Of a stretch of 64,000 bases of DNA, positions 49,670 through 61,053 are shown piece by piece. The notes under the pieces are model-generated. The model searched no databases, was not told the DNA's origin, and was given only the letters and a program-made list of their open reading frames with translations. The first letter of the stretch is position 1. Every line of letters begins with the position of its first letter. The stretch comes from Blepharisma stoltei ATCC 30299 (lineage: Eukaryota; Protista; Ciliophora). The stretch spans positions 186,001-250,000 of the forward strand of contig CBFDEM010000043.1 in assembly GCA_965603825.1 (NCBI GenBank). The letters run 5' to 3'. Position numbers and translations under genes: made by a program.

Positions 49670-50980
49670 TTATTTTGCCTGCTTAATATTGGTTTCATCT
49701 GATGGACTTTCAATTCGCCACATATCTGTAATTCTCCAGGTTGACTGTTGATTTGCTGAGTCTTTTAGCGTCACTTCTTCATGTAATCCAAATTTTTCTC
49801 CCCAGCAAACTCTGTCTTTCATTCAAGAATTATAAATATATGCAATGCCATTCTTAACAGCAACATAGCAGCAATGTGCGAGTGGTAAATCGTCTCTGAA
49901 GAATTTGCCAAGTTTTACTATAAATTTATTATCTTTTGACTTTTCTTTTATTGAGGCTTTTTTGTTATAGATAACTAATTCTAGCTTGCTAGTAGTAAGT
50001 GCAGGGATCCAGCTGTGGTCGTTTTCTTGAAGAAGTGGATTTGGTATGGCTTCGTTATTGTCAATAGCAGCTGCTATTATTGCACATTCCCTACAAGTGG
50101 CTTCATTTGCAGGTTGTAAAGGTCTGTCCTCAATATTTATTTTTTCTTCGCTGGCTTTAACTTTTTCTAATCATCCCTTGTTGAATACATTTTCACTTGG
50201 TTGATTATCAATTGAAGCCCATAGGCAGTCAGATTTTTGATCATTATGAAATTTATCAAAGTAATACATCAAAAGCCACCCAGAAAAATAAGTCTCAAGT
50301 CTAGAATTTATAGATAATTTGAATTTTTCTAAAACTCCAGATATCTCTCATGGAAGTGTCGATTTTGATCTTTTCAATGATAAAAATTTATGAGTTTGAG
50401 ATGGTGAATTCCCTACTGATTTTATATGAAATTCTTTGGTAGAAAATACAAAGCAAACTTCAATTTTTCCTGTAGGATTTTTACAAAATCCAAGTATTGC
50501 TTGGCGACTTTTCATGGATTGCCTTGAATTCACATAGATAAGAATTTCGTGATCTGAGAATAATTGCTTGGATTTTTTGAATTGCCTTCAGGATTGGTCT
50601 TCTATGAATTTTAAGCCAATTTCTTCGAGATTATCCCTTTGAATAAATTCAACACGAAATTGTGTTTGTGAAGGAATATTAAAGATGGATTCTTCAATGT
50701 CACCATCGTTGTCTGTATATGAGACATTAGATACGTCATCAGGAATATGGTGAACTTTACTTAGCTTAAATGCTGGAAAAGAATTTAGCTCTGGAATGAC
50801 TGATTTAAAAAAGATTTCTTTAGATTGGGCATAAATATAAGCACGAGAAGGCCGTTTTGCAATCCTAATTGATGGATGATTCTTATAAATTTCGGTTTTG
50901 CCTTGTATCTGATCTTTCTTGACAGAGGGTAAATCTTCTTTTCTCTTAGAGCCTATCTCTGTCAAGTTTTTAAAATTCAT
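49670..50980 (-). CDS. 436-aa protein with a putative C-terminal papain-like cysteine peptidase domain
   Basis: Open with TGA=Trp from ATG 50980 to TAA 49670-49672; QPANEATCRECA..AHCCYVAV..YIYNSW pattern. Confidence 0.7.
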
Positions 50981-51257
50981 TATTTCACAACCCCCCCTTG
51001 AAAATTTATTTTAAAGCTTCAGTATTTCTATCTTAAATGCCAGCTAGATGGAATTTCTTTAATGATTAAAATTAAACTATTTAAAACTTGCATTATTAAA
51101 TAGTTATTAATAAGCTATGATCTATTTTCTAAAATTAATTAATAACTATCTAAAAAACTTGTATAGCTAAAGCATTTCTATAAGCATATTAAAATTACAT
51201 TGCTCAATTATTTAACTGTTTTCCTTATTAATTTCTCGTTTTTTACACCCATGTCTC

Positions 51258-52313
51258 TTATTCTAAATTCACAAAATTGCATGGAAATATTCCAACTTTA
51301 TCTCCAGTTTTTCCAAGTCATCAGCCATCATCTTGTTGCTTCAAAACAACTATTTTATCATCAACTTTTAAGTCAAGTTCTCCAGGATTTTCAGCTTTAT
51401 AATTAAAAATTGCAACTGCTTGAGCCGCATTTAGAGTTTCTGATGGAGAAATATATTCATTATTAAACTCTTGAAATGATGCTGTCTTCCTAAATGCGTC
51501 AATTTCTTGAGTTTCCCCAGTGGAAGGAGATGGATTTAACGACAGTCCTATTAAAAAAGCATCCAAGTTCATTCTTGGTATCCTTTTTGATAGTTCTTCT
51601 ATACTGATATTATAACCGCATATTGCTTCTTCAATATCTCAATAAGAAGTCTCAGAGATTGACTGAGGAAAAGTGCTATTAAATTGATTGCATTTTACGG
51701 ATAGCTTTTCAAGCATTTGTTTTACTGAATCAATGAAGTTGATTACTTCCTGTTGAGTTTCTTCTAATTCTCGTCTTAAGTTTAAAATTTCTTCATTTAG
51801 TCTTTGGTCATACTCAAAATGTTCAGATTTCATTATTTTATTTTTCGATCTTAATCTCTCAATCTCTTTTCTTAAAATAGCCATATCATCTTTGTGTTTT
51901 TCTCCCATAACTTTTACTTCCTCTTCTAATTCAAGGTTTTTTGCTTTTAAACTCCTGTATTTATTTGTCATAAGTGACAACCGGCTTATATAGCTGCCTT
52001 CTAAATTTTCGGTATTTTGAAGAGGCCTCTTTTTAAATAATTTTTCATGATCATCATATGGTGATGCCCTGGATTTTAATAGCGTTGAAACTTTTTTGTG
52101 CGTCGGGGTATGTGATTTTCTATTTACATCAGCTAAGCTTGAAGCTCGTATTGAGTGCCGTTTTTTTGTTGCTGTGCGATACCCTGGAGCTTGGGTTATT
52201 ATATCATCTAGTTCTTCTTCTGTGATAAATTTTGGAAGCTCGATTTTGTGCCTGGATTTCATGCTTCTTTTAAAAACTCTGGTTTCAACTTTAAACGATT
52301 TTTCGCTTGCCAT
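51258..52313 (-). CDS. Coiled-coil + C-terminal SH3 domain protein
   Basis: AVAIFNY.A..GELDL..DDG-TGA-TGA-LG..GIFPCNFV: the SH3 WW is encoded by two TGA codons; TAA at 51258-51260. Confidence 0.9.
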
Positions 52314-52497
52314 TTATAAGCTATTTAATAATGATATTGCTTATGGTGAAAATTTTATTATTGCTAAAATTCTCTATTCTTCGATTATCTGAAGTAAATA
52401 AATTTATGAATTGTTAATGCAATGGATTCGTAAAAGAGAGGAGAAAATTTGTGCTAATAATGAAACTTATATGCGGCTGTGCTATTTTCTTATATAA

Positions 52498-55182
52498 ATG
52501 AAATTCTCTTTGGTTAACAGTTTCATTGAGAAATATAGTCAACCAAATTTTGATAATTTTTATGAAGAAAATGAGTCAAAGCTGGAATTTTTAGACAAAG
52601 AAATTTCAAAATTACAGTCTTTAGTAGAAATTTTGAAATTTAGCAACATTCCAATAAGAAAAGAAGAAAAAATATCCAAGGATAGCGATCAACCTTTGAT
52701 TGATAATATCAACAATATTCCAATAAATATACAAAATTTAGATTCCGCTAGTCTGAACTATTTTAAGCAATATCAGCTCACACCTAACGAACTTTTATCA
52801 AATCTAAGTGCTTCTTTTATGAAAAATATCCCAATTTGATTATCTAATATCAATACTCTAAAAAACTCTTACCTTAACATATTAGACTGGAAAGTTTTTC
52901 AAATAATGAGCACTTATTTGATCCTTTACTTAAGCCCTGAACTTCAAGAGCAGCTTTTTAGCATAATATTGCTTTCCAAAGAAAACCCAGAGCTTTCTAT
53001 CGCTTCCAGCAATGCGATATCTATTTTAAACTCAATTGGTTTTTCATTTAGAGATAAAAATCTAGAGAATGTCAATATTCCTAATGCAGATTTGTCCGGC
53101 GCTTTGTTGATAAATACAAATTTTCAAAACAGTAATCTTAGTGGTGTCGATTTTTCTCACTCAAATTTATTTTCTGTAAGTTTTGATGACTGCAGAATGG
53201 AAGATGTTACATTAGACAAAGCATCTCTATTTAAAAATCTTGAAAAAAATGTAAGGGCGATGGGAATCTCTCCATGTGGAAAGTTTATAGCAATAAATTT
53301 TTGACTTGAGAACGAAATAAAAATATTTAGCTTCGAAACAAGGGAAATGATAAAGGTGATACAGGTAGATTATGAGGTTAATTCTATTGTATTTTCGCAG
53401 TGTGGAACGTATTTAGCATATGGGCTAATAAATCCAAAGGTTATTTTGCTTGATGCAAAGTCAATATTTTGCCCAGGAGAAAAAATACTAGTTTTGCAGA
53501 CTATTAATACCAGTGATAACTATGTAATAAAACTTGTGTTTTCAAAATCCTCCACATTTCTTGCAATCTTTACAAATAAAGCTATCAGAATATGAAACAT
53601 TGAAGAAAATTCCATGCATACATCTATAAATGACATAAATAATCCTGTCTGAATTGGATTTTCGCCCTCTAAAAATGATTTAGCTATGGCAAATTGAGAT
53701 GGATCATTATCAATCTGAAGAATTATAACCCCGAGAAATTCTGATAAAAACAAAAAATTGAAGACAAAATTCAAAAGAACACTAGTTCAGCAAGCATCAA
53801 TTGGTGATTCTATCAAAACACTCGAATTCACCCCTTGCTCAAATTTCCTGATCTTCGAGACGTCAAAGTCAATAAGTATGTGAAGTCTAGAGCACCAGGA
53901 CGTAAAGGTTTTAGTTAGTTTTGAAATGAATACTTTATGCTCATGAGTATTAACACCTGATGGAAATTTTATTATTTATTTTTTACTTAATAGAATTTAT
54001 GCCTACAATATTGAAAAACAAAGCATCAGCTTTCAATATAATGCTAATTATATGAGAAAAGCACCAATTCTCAGATATTTAAACAAATTGCTATTAATTA
54101 TAGACGATTCTCAGTCCATGTTTTTAATAAATGTAAAAGACTTAGAAAACCATAAAGATTATGCTGGACATACAAGTGGGGTACAGAATGTATCTTTTTC
54201 TCCTTGTGGTAAATATATGCTCTCTGTAAGTAACTGAGGAGTTGGTAAGAAATGGAATATAAAATCAAAAAAGGTTGAAGTAGATCAAAAAATTAATTAT
54301 TGGAGTTTCGATTTGCTTAAATACTCTCCTTGTGATAATTACCTAATTGCAAATAGACTTTCTAAAGTTGCAATTTTTAGTGAAAATATACAATTAGACT
54401 ACTTTATTAATACAAATACAGATTATGGTGTAACAGCTTTATCAAACGATGGTTTGCTTGCAATTGGAGGTAGGAACAATAAACTCGATATTTTTGATAT
54501 AAAAGCAAAGAATCTTTATTTAAGCCATTGTAAAGATGAAAAAGATTTAATTTCAGCTTTATGCTTTTCTCCTTCTAATGAGCTTATCGGGATAGGGACC
54601 ACTTCAGGGAATATAAAAATATGATATATAGCAAGCAGGCTTGAATTTGTATATGGAAACCAGATTAACACATATAAAATAATTTCTGTTCATTTTTCGC
54701 CATGTGGGAGATATTTTGCTTGAACTGTAGAGACATTTAACAAAATTTATGTTCTCGATCTAAGAATTCGGAATATCAGGTCTTTTGAAGGAACTAAAAA
54801 TAGCGATTATAGCTTAATAAAATTTTCCTTATGTGGTGAATTTGTTGCAAGTATAAACAAGAAAGGAAATCTTCATATCTGGGACGTTAATAAAGGTAAT
54901 TTAGTTGTGGAGCTAAAAGGGAGTTTAGCTGGAATTCTTGATTTTGAGTTTTCGCGATGTGGGAAATGAATTGTTACAGGAAGCCTTGATAAAACTGTAA
55001 AGCTCTATAATTTTGAGGAGATTAAAAATATGGTAGGAAGCCAAAATAATCCAGAAATTTATCATAAAAGATCATTTATTGAATGATCATCAATGAATGG
55101 AGATTTGATAGGATCAAATATATCTATAAGGAGAGCTTCAATTAGCAAAGAAAATAAAGAAATTTTAAATAAATTTAGATAA
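52498..55182 (+). CDS. Pentapeptide-repeat + WD40-repeat protein (NACHT-WD40 family architecture without NACHT)
   Basis: ASSNAISILN..NLENVNIPNADLSGA..NLSGVDF pentapeptides; repeated FSPCG WD40 units; one frame of 894 aa with TGA=Trp. Confidence 0.85.
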
Positions 55183-55315
55183 CTATGGACATTTTCAACG
55201 GTATTTCAAATAATTCTAAGTGTCAGGGTTGCTGTATTAATGTAAGGCATTTTCAAATTAATAGTGATATATTCCAAGCAGATTTTCAAAATATTTTTAT
55301 TTATAAATCTTTATT

Positions 55316-56638
55316 CTATAAAGTTATATCTGCCGGAACTGTCTCCAGGAAACTTATGTTTTTCGTATTTTTCGATCCCCTCTTAGATCCTCCATTTACA
55401 TCCAGGCCTCCAAACTTGCAGCCCTTTCCCATCAGTTCTACCTTTCCTCGCTTACTCAGAATTACTAGCTTAACTTGCGAATCCATTACCACCGAATCCT
55501 TAAAATCTTCATGCTTATTTTCTCCTTCTTCACAATCATCATCTACAAAATCGTTTTCTTTATCCTCTTCTTCCAGTTCTGTAATATCGCTTTCGCTGAC
55601 TTCGGTTTCCATTTCCCACAAGTCAGATTCTTCTTTATTTATTTTTTTATATTCTTCAATAATTTCTATATCAACTTTAGGACAGTTTTTAACTGTAATT
55701 TCGTTGATTTGAACATTATTTTCTTCTCTTTCTTCTTCTTCATCTTGTGTTTCTACGTTTTCGATCGGCTGAATAGTTAAAATTGGATTACTCAGCTCTC
55801 TCATTATTGATTTTAGGTGTAAAAAATCTGGTCTATCACATTCTTTTACTTGAAGCATATGAAATAGCATCCCGCGGATTGCTTCACTGTAATTTAGGTT
55901 ATCAATCCTTTGGGTTATTATTTCTTGGGACTTAGTATTGAGTCCGCGAATGCTTTTTAGAGATGCCATTCTCAAGAAAGTCAATCCTAGAGAAAAAACA
56001 TCATTTTTAAACATGTTGCAATGAACGCTAGTTTCATTACCGTTCATTTGGAAATCAATATAGCTTTTAGCGCAGATTGGAGAAAAGTAGATTGGGGTCC
56101 CTACTAGAGTTCTCGTACAACTGCCAGAAAATGAATCTTTTTTTGACAACCCAAAATCTCCAATTTTGAAATCAGTGTTACTGCTCATGAAGATGTTTTG
56201 TGGTTTGAGATCTCTGTGGCAAATCTGATTAGACTGTAAGACACTTAGAGCATCGATCAAACCGTCTGAAATATTGTAAAATTCGTCGTTTGATCAGTGC
56301 ATCTTTTTTCTCTTACGTCTTTTAATTTCGTCTTCGAGGTCTCCATCTGGGAAATATTCCATTACAATACCAAATCTGAAAAAGTCTTGCTCATGCTCGA
56401 TGAAACAATCTTGCATCTGACAGATGTTCTGATGCTGGGCACTCGCACTTAATAGTAGCTTGGCTTCATTCAAAGCTTCTTGAACTAGGGCAAACTTAGG
56501 GGATGTAAATGTCTTCAGACAGATATCTGAAGAATTTCTTCCCTTTTGCCTAGCCTTATAGATTCGAATGTTATTTTTTTTGCCTTTAGTGCTGATTACA
56601 TCTAGAATTTCAAAGTCAGAAATGCTTAAGCTTGACAT
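55316..56638 (-). CDS. Ser/Thr protein kinase (NEK-like) with acidic C-terminal tail
   Basis: ICLK, IVMEY..GDL, HRDLKPQN, KIGDFG, VGTPIYFSP, DVFSLG; TGA at 56294 read as Trp joins the two ORFs. Confidence 0.9.
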
Positions 56639-57282
56639 TTATTATTACAAATTTACGTGGGCTGTTATGAAGATTTGGCTAATTTTCCACCAGTGAAATG
56701 TTCTCTGAGAAAGAAAATAATTTGGCATGATTGCTTAGAGGTGCGAGGAAAGGAAAAGAAGAAAAGTATTTTTTTGTGGAGTCTAATTTAAAAGGCAGAA
56801 CCATATAAAGGAAATTAAAATTTCTGTCCATTTCTTAATAAAAATTTATGATAGAGTGGTGAGATAATAATTATGGAATTTATTAGTGATTAATCAAATA
56901 ATAATGATTATTTTTTGAAATAATAAATTATGAGAATTTGGTAAAATAATTAGGCCAAGAATTAATAAACCTCATCAGAATTTTAGTCTCTATCTGAATT
57001 ATTACGAACTTACGCACACTGTTCATGATATTAGCAAGAAATGATCATGAAAATAAAGGAAAAATGCTTACAAATTGATAGAAAAGAAATTTATTATAAC
57101 TGACAATAAAAATGAATGAGAAAGGTAATAAAGCAATATAAATTAAAAGCCTTTTCAAAAGTTTTAAATCTGTTTAAATAAAAAAGCAGCTCTATCACTA
57201 AGTCTTAAATATAAAAACATAATAACCAAAATTAATACTAAATTTATTTTTATCGCAACAATTATGCAAAATATTCCATTTT

Positions 57283-58272
57283 ATGAGTACAGTAAGGATC
57301 CTTTCTACTTGCGAATCTATATTAGAAGCATTAGACAAATCAATATCTCTTAGCCACCTTCAGATCAAAGCAATGTACAACTCAATGATCGGAGGAATTA
57401 TAACAGACCCTGCATTTATGACAATTCCTATAGACGACCACATGGTTCATAGAGGCCATGTTGTGTTCGACACAGTATCTATCGTAAACGGTCGAGCATT
57501 CACATTACAGTCTCATGTAAATAAAATTATAAGAGCTGCAACCAACGCCAAAATAGAACTGCCTTTATCAAAAGAAGCAATGAGCTCATCATTAAAGCAG
57601 CTTGCAGCATCAGCAGGGCTAAGGTCTTGCAAAATAAAGTATTGGATTTCGGCAGGACCTGGAAGCATGTTTATTCAGCCTTATCCAGGGATGTCAGTCT
57701 TCTACGCAATTGTGCTTGAAGGTGATGCAAGAAATGAAAATCAAGATATTTCAAAAGAATTCACAGTTAATATACCTTTAAATCCAAGATTTTTAGAAAC
57801 TATGAAATCAACAAATTACTTATTTAATGCATTGTCTCAGGTAGAATCAAAAGAGAAAGGGGGATTTATGGGGATTCAAAAAACACAGGAAGGGTATATT
57901 GCGGAAAGTTCCATATGGAAAATTGGATTTGTGCTGCCTGGAGGCAGATTTGTGATTGCTGCAAATAAAGATGATGCTCAAGATGAAGAAGATCAATTAA
58001 TATTAGCACATGCAAATGAGCTTTTATCACAAGGAAAACTATCTTCAGTAGGTAAACGCAAAATCCATATAGACGAAGCCAAAAACTGTGAAGAAATGTT
58101 TCTATCTATATCTGATACAATAAGGCCAGTTCTAGAATGGGATGGAATGCTCATAGGCAATGGAACAAGAGGGCGCATTTCACAAGAACTAATCGATTAT
58201 CTTCAGCATGATTTTGCTAACCCTGATCTATCAGAAAGCATTCCATACGAGCTATATGAAGCGACTCCATAA
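57283..58272 (+). CDS. PLP class IV aminotransferase-like (D-amino-acid transaminase/ADC lyase, plant DAAT-like)
   Basis: IPIDDHMVHRGH.VFDT, YWISAGPG, MKSTNYL, GYIAE, WDG..IGNG. Confidence 0.85.
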   Translation: MSTVRILSTCESILEALDKSISLSHLQIKAMYNSMIGGIITDPAFMTIPIDDHMVHRGHVVFDTVSIVNGRAFTLQSHVNKIIRAATNAKIELPLSKEAMSSSLKQLAASAGLRSCKIKYWISAGPGSMFIQPYPGMSVFYAIVLEGDARNENQDISKEFTVNIPLNPRFLETMKSTNYLFNALSQVESKEKGGFMGIQKTQEGYIAESSIWKIGFVLPGGRFVIAANKDDAQDEEDQLILAHANELLSQGKLSSVGKRKIHIDEAKNCEEMFLSISDTIRPVLEWDGMLIGNGTRGRISQELIDYLQHDFANPDLSESIPYELYEATP

Positions 58273-58316
58273 AATAATAAAAATTGAAATTAATTTGGAG
58301 CCCTTATAATTAATTA

Positions 58317-59594
58317 ATGGACCCGATTGCAAAAAACCCTATCTCGATATTGAATGAACTCGCTATCAACAACAAAATAAAATTCCAATTTGAAATCAAG
58401 CCTAAAGGTTCAGAATTCGAATGCGTTATTTACCAAAATAATAGAGCAATCAGCAAAGGTACTGGAAGAAAAAAGCAAGATGCCAAATTAAAAGCTGCTG
58501 AATCCGCACTGGATATCATTGCAAATCTACCTTTAAATTCTCGGGATTTCAAAGAAAAATTTAATTCAAATGGCCAAAACTCTAAAGAAAACCTAAAACA
58601 AATCCCAGCAAATGAAATGAAAAAAGAAAAAGCTCAACCGCCTGAGGAAGAGAAAGTAATAGAAAGCCCAGCCCAGGTCACTAATGAAGAAGAAAATGAA
58701 AAAAGGGCTAATAGGATTATTTCCAGTTTTTCAGAAAATTATAATGAATACATGGAAAATAAAATAAAATTACTGGAATTAAGCTATGACGATATGATTG
58801 ATATGCAAATAGTAAGCGAAGAGATAAAGGAAATAGAAGAAGAATTAAAATGTGAAGGAATTAATTTATTACATCCAGCAGGGAGCTTTGTTATGAGTAT
58901 GATAAGAAGGAATCATATTGAGATAGATTTAATAGCAGAGGTAACTTCAAAAATTGGTGCGTTAAACTACAACTTCATAAAGGGGATATGGATGAAATTA
59001 TTGATTTTAAGGCAAAGAACATTGGAAGCTAGACAAGAATTTAACGAAAATCCTTATAAATCTTTTCATCCTACCAAAACAGTAAATATTAGTCTTCAGC
59101 CAGAACTGATTGAAAATATTGAAAATACATATATGTCCAAAGATTTGCCCTATATATTATTATCTAAAGAGCGTGAAGGAAATAGCTCAATTTATGTCAG
59201 AATATTTTTTTATGATGAAACTAATATAAGTTCAGCTTTAGCACATTATCGCTTATATGAAAAGAAACCTTTAAGCAGCGTAAAGTCAAAATGCTGTAAG
59301 CTATTGAGACATTGGAGGGATCGTCTCAGATTGAAAGGTATGCCTATAGAACTACTTGATTTATTAGTAGAAGAATTTATAAATGAAAACACTACTGGGC
59401 TGGCATTTAGAATCATTATGGAACGCATCGCAGGTGGAATATTTTTCCCAGAATCTTCATTTAGTTGTAATGATCAAAATTATGGTAAATTACTTGAAGA
59501 GTGGTCTTTAAGATCTAGAATTGAAGTTGCAAAAGAGGCTAGCAGAACTTTAATTCATCTTATTCAGAATAAAATTGATATGATTTTAGACTAA
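58317..59594 (+). CDS. dsRBD + DZF-like (NF90/NF45/ZFR family) protein
   Basis: N-terminal NPISILNE..GTGRKKQDAKLKAAE dsRBD; PAGSF..EIDLI, SALAH, LDLLV and FRIIMERIAGGIFFP resemble the DZF domain. Confidence 0.7.
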   Translation: MDPIAKNPISILNELAINNKIKFQFEIKPKGSEFECVIYQNNRAISKGTGRKKQDAKLKAAESALDIIANLPLNSRDFKEKFNSNGQNSKENLKQIPANEMKKEKAQPPEEEKVIESPAQVTNEEENEKRANRIISSFSENYNEYMENKIKLLELSYDDMIDMQIVSEEIKEIEEELKCEGINLLHPAGSFVMSMIRRNHIEIDLIAEVTSKIGALNYNFIKGIWMKLLILRQRTLEARQEFNENPYKSFHPTKTVNISLQPELIENIENTYMSKDLPYILLSKEREGNSSIYVRIFFYDETNISSALAHYRLYEKKPLSSVKSKCCKLLRHWRDRLRLKGMPIELLDLLVEEFINENTTGLAFRIIMERIAGGIFFPESSFSCNDQNYGKLLEEWSLRSRIEVAKEASRTLIHLIQNKIDMILD

Positions 59595-59702
59595 TTAATG
59601 ATTTTAATAATTGAAATAATGAAAGAAATTGATGATAAATTTGATAGGTAGATTTAAAATTAAATATATTTTTAGGCGTATAATTTCTAGAAATTTGATA
59701 GT

Positions 59703-59841
59703 AATTTATCAAAGCGTTGATGCATATACAATAAGCCATATTTCAATTTAATAAGCGTTGATGCATATATAATAAGCCATATTTCAATTTATTAAGCGTT
59801 GATGCATATACAATGAGCCATTTTCAATTTATTAAGCATTG
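59703..59841. repeat. 41-bp tandem repeat, ~3.3 copies
   Basis: aagcgttgatgcatatacaataagccatatttcaatttaat at 59712, 59753 and 59794, partial at 59834. Confidence 0.9.
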
Positions 59842-60054
59842 CTATAATATAGTTCTTATCTATTTAGTATCTTTTATGAAAGGCATCTATCTTTAATTTG
59901 GGCATAGATAAAATTTATTTAGTGTTAATCATAGGTTATAGCACTTATGATCATTTGACTATGTCTCCATGCTATATTTTCAATTATTTATTCTTAAAAT
60001 CTCTTCTTATAAATATCATCAAAATTTAATTACCTCAAATATCTAGAAAGATGA

Positions 60055-60780
60055 TTATTTATTAACCACAATCACAACGCCTTCAAACATTAAGATTTCA
60101 TTTCTCCTATCCATCTCAGTTACAATTTCTCTCAATCTTTCCACAATTCTATTATAGTTCTCTTCACTTTGCTTCTTAATTCCAGCTAAATGTGGAGTAT
60201 CTAAATAACACTGGACTGATTCTTCAATTCCAATAGGTCCCATTGGAGAAGCTGCATAAAAATAATGAGGATTTTGAAACCCAACTTCTGTTGCCATTCT
60301 CATGGTTTCATGAGCGTTATTTAAGTAAAAATTAGATCTTTTTTTAGCGAAATTCTCTCCAATAACTTCTCTACAAGCTTGCTCAAAATAGCCAAGAGCT
60401 GTTGAGTTTTCTTCCCTTCCCCATACTGAAAAAATTGCAGTTCCTCCAGGAGCTAATACACGATAAGCCTCTCTTAGCATTGCACTTGCATCAGGGACCA
60501 GCATCAAGGAGAGATTTGCGACATATCTGTCAAAGAAATTGTCTTCATAAGGTAATGCATCATTTGAAGCTTGTGCAGTATGAGTTCTAGGCAATTGACG
60601 CTGATTTACTTTTGCTATCATTTCGTCACTTATATCGCTAGCCCAAATCTCTGCGTCAGAGGGAAGATGATTGAGCAATATTGGGACTCCATTTCCAGTT
60701 CCACATGCAACTTCACAGACTTTGTGAGCATTTGATAGATTTAGAGCAGGAATTAGACATTGATAAAGCGAAGTTGACAT
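60055..60780 (-). CDS. Class I SAM-dependent methyltransferase (UbiE/Methyltransf_11-like); 5' end uncertain
   Basis: EVACGTG motif I, SDIS..M, LPYEDNFFD, LREAYRVLAPGG. Confidence 0.88.
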   Translation of the reverse strand: MSTSLYQCLIPALNLSNAHKVCEVACGTGNGVPILLNHLPSDAEIWASDISDEMIAKVNQRQLPRTHTAQASNDALPYEDNFFDRYVANLSLMLVPDASAMLREAYRVLAPGGTAIFSVWGREENSTALGYFEQACREVIGENFAKKRSNFYLNNAHETMRMATEVGFQNPHYFYAASPMGPIGIEESVQCYLDTPHLAGIKKQSEENYNRIVERLREIVTEMDRRNEILMFEGVVIVVNK

Positions 60781-61053
60781 AACTTCGACTGAGCTTGCAT
60801 ATTTAATAAAATTTTTATCAGATAAGGATATTAGTTAACAGACTCAATTTGTCTCACCTCAAATATCTTTTCCATTAATTTTTAACTCTATTAAACCCTT
60901 TATTCAAATTTACTTCATAAGAGATTATTAAACTAAAACTATGAAACAGCTTTGTCATATTAGTAATAAACTTTTATTGAGTTAACAGTTTTTAAATCCA
61001 TTGCCAAGCAAAAGATATTTATTCGTCTCCATTGAACATTTTATAAAAATTAA

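Noticed and set aside
51318-51323. TGA as selenocysteine or Cys
   Set aside because: The positions correspond to conserved Trp (SH3 WW) and TGA alternates with TGG in paralogues.
23373-55182. Widespread pseudogenisation suggested by the fragmented ORF track
   Set aside because: Breaks are in-frame TGA codons, mostly at Trp positions; only HK4 has true frameshifts.
59703-59841. CRISPR array
   Set aside because: Contiguous tandem units with no unique spacers; eukaryotic context, no cas genes.
60850-60864. Candidate 15-nt GT-AG intron upstream of the methyltransferase
   Set aside because: It has a GTGA start and GAG end, and splicing does not remove the in-frame TAA downstream, so the 5' end is left unresolved.
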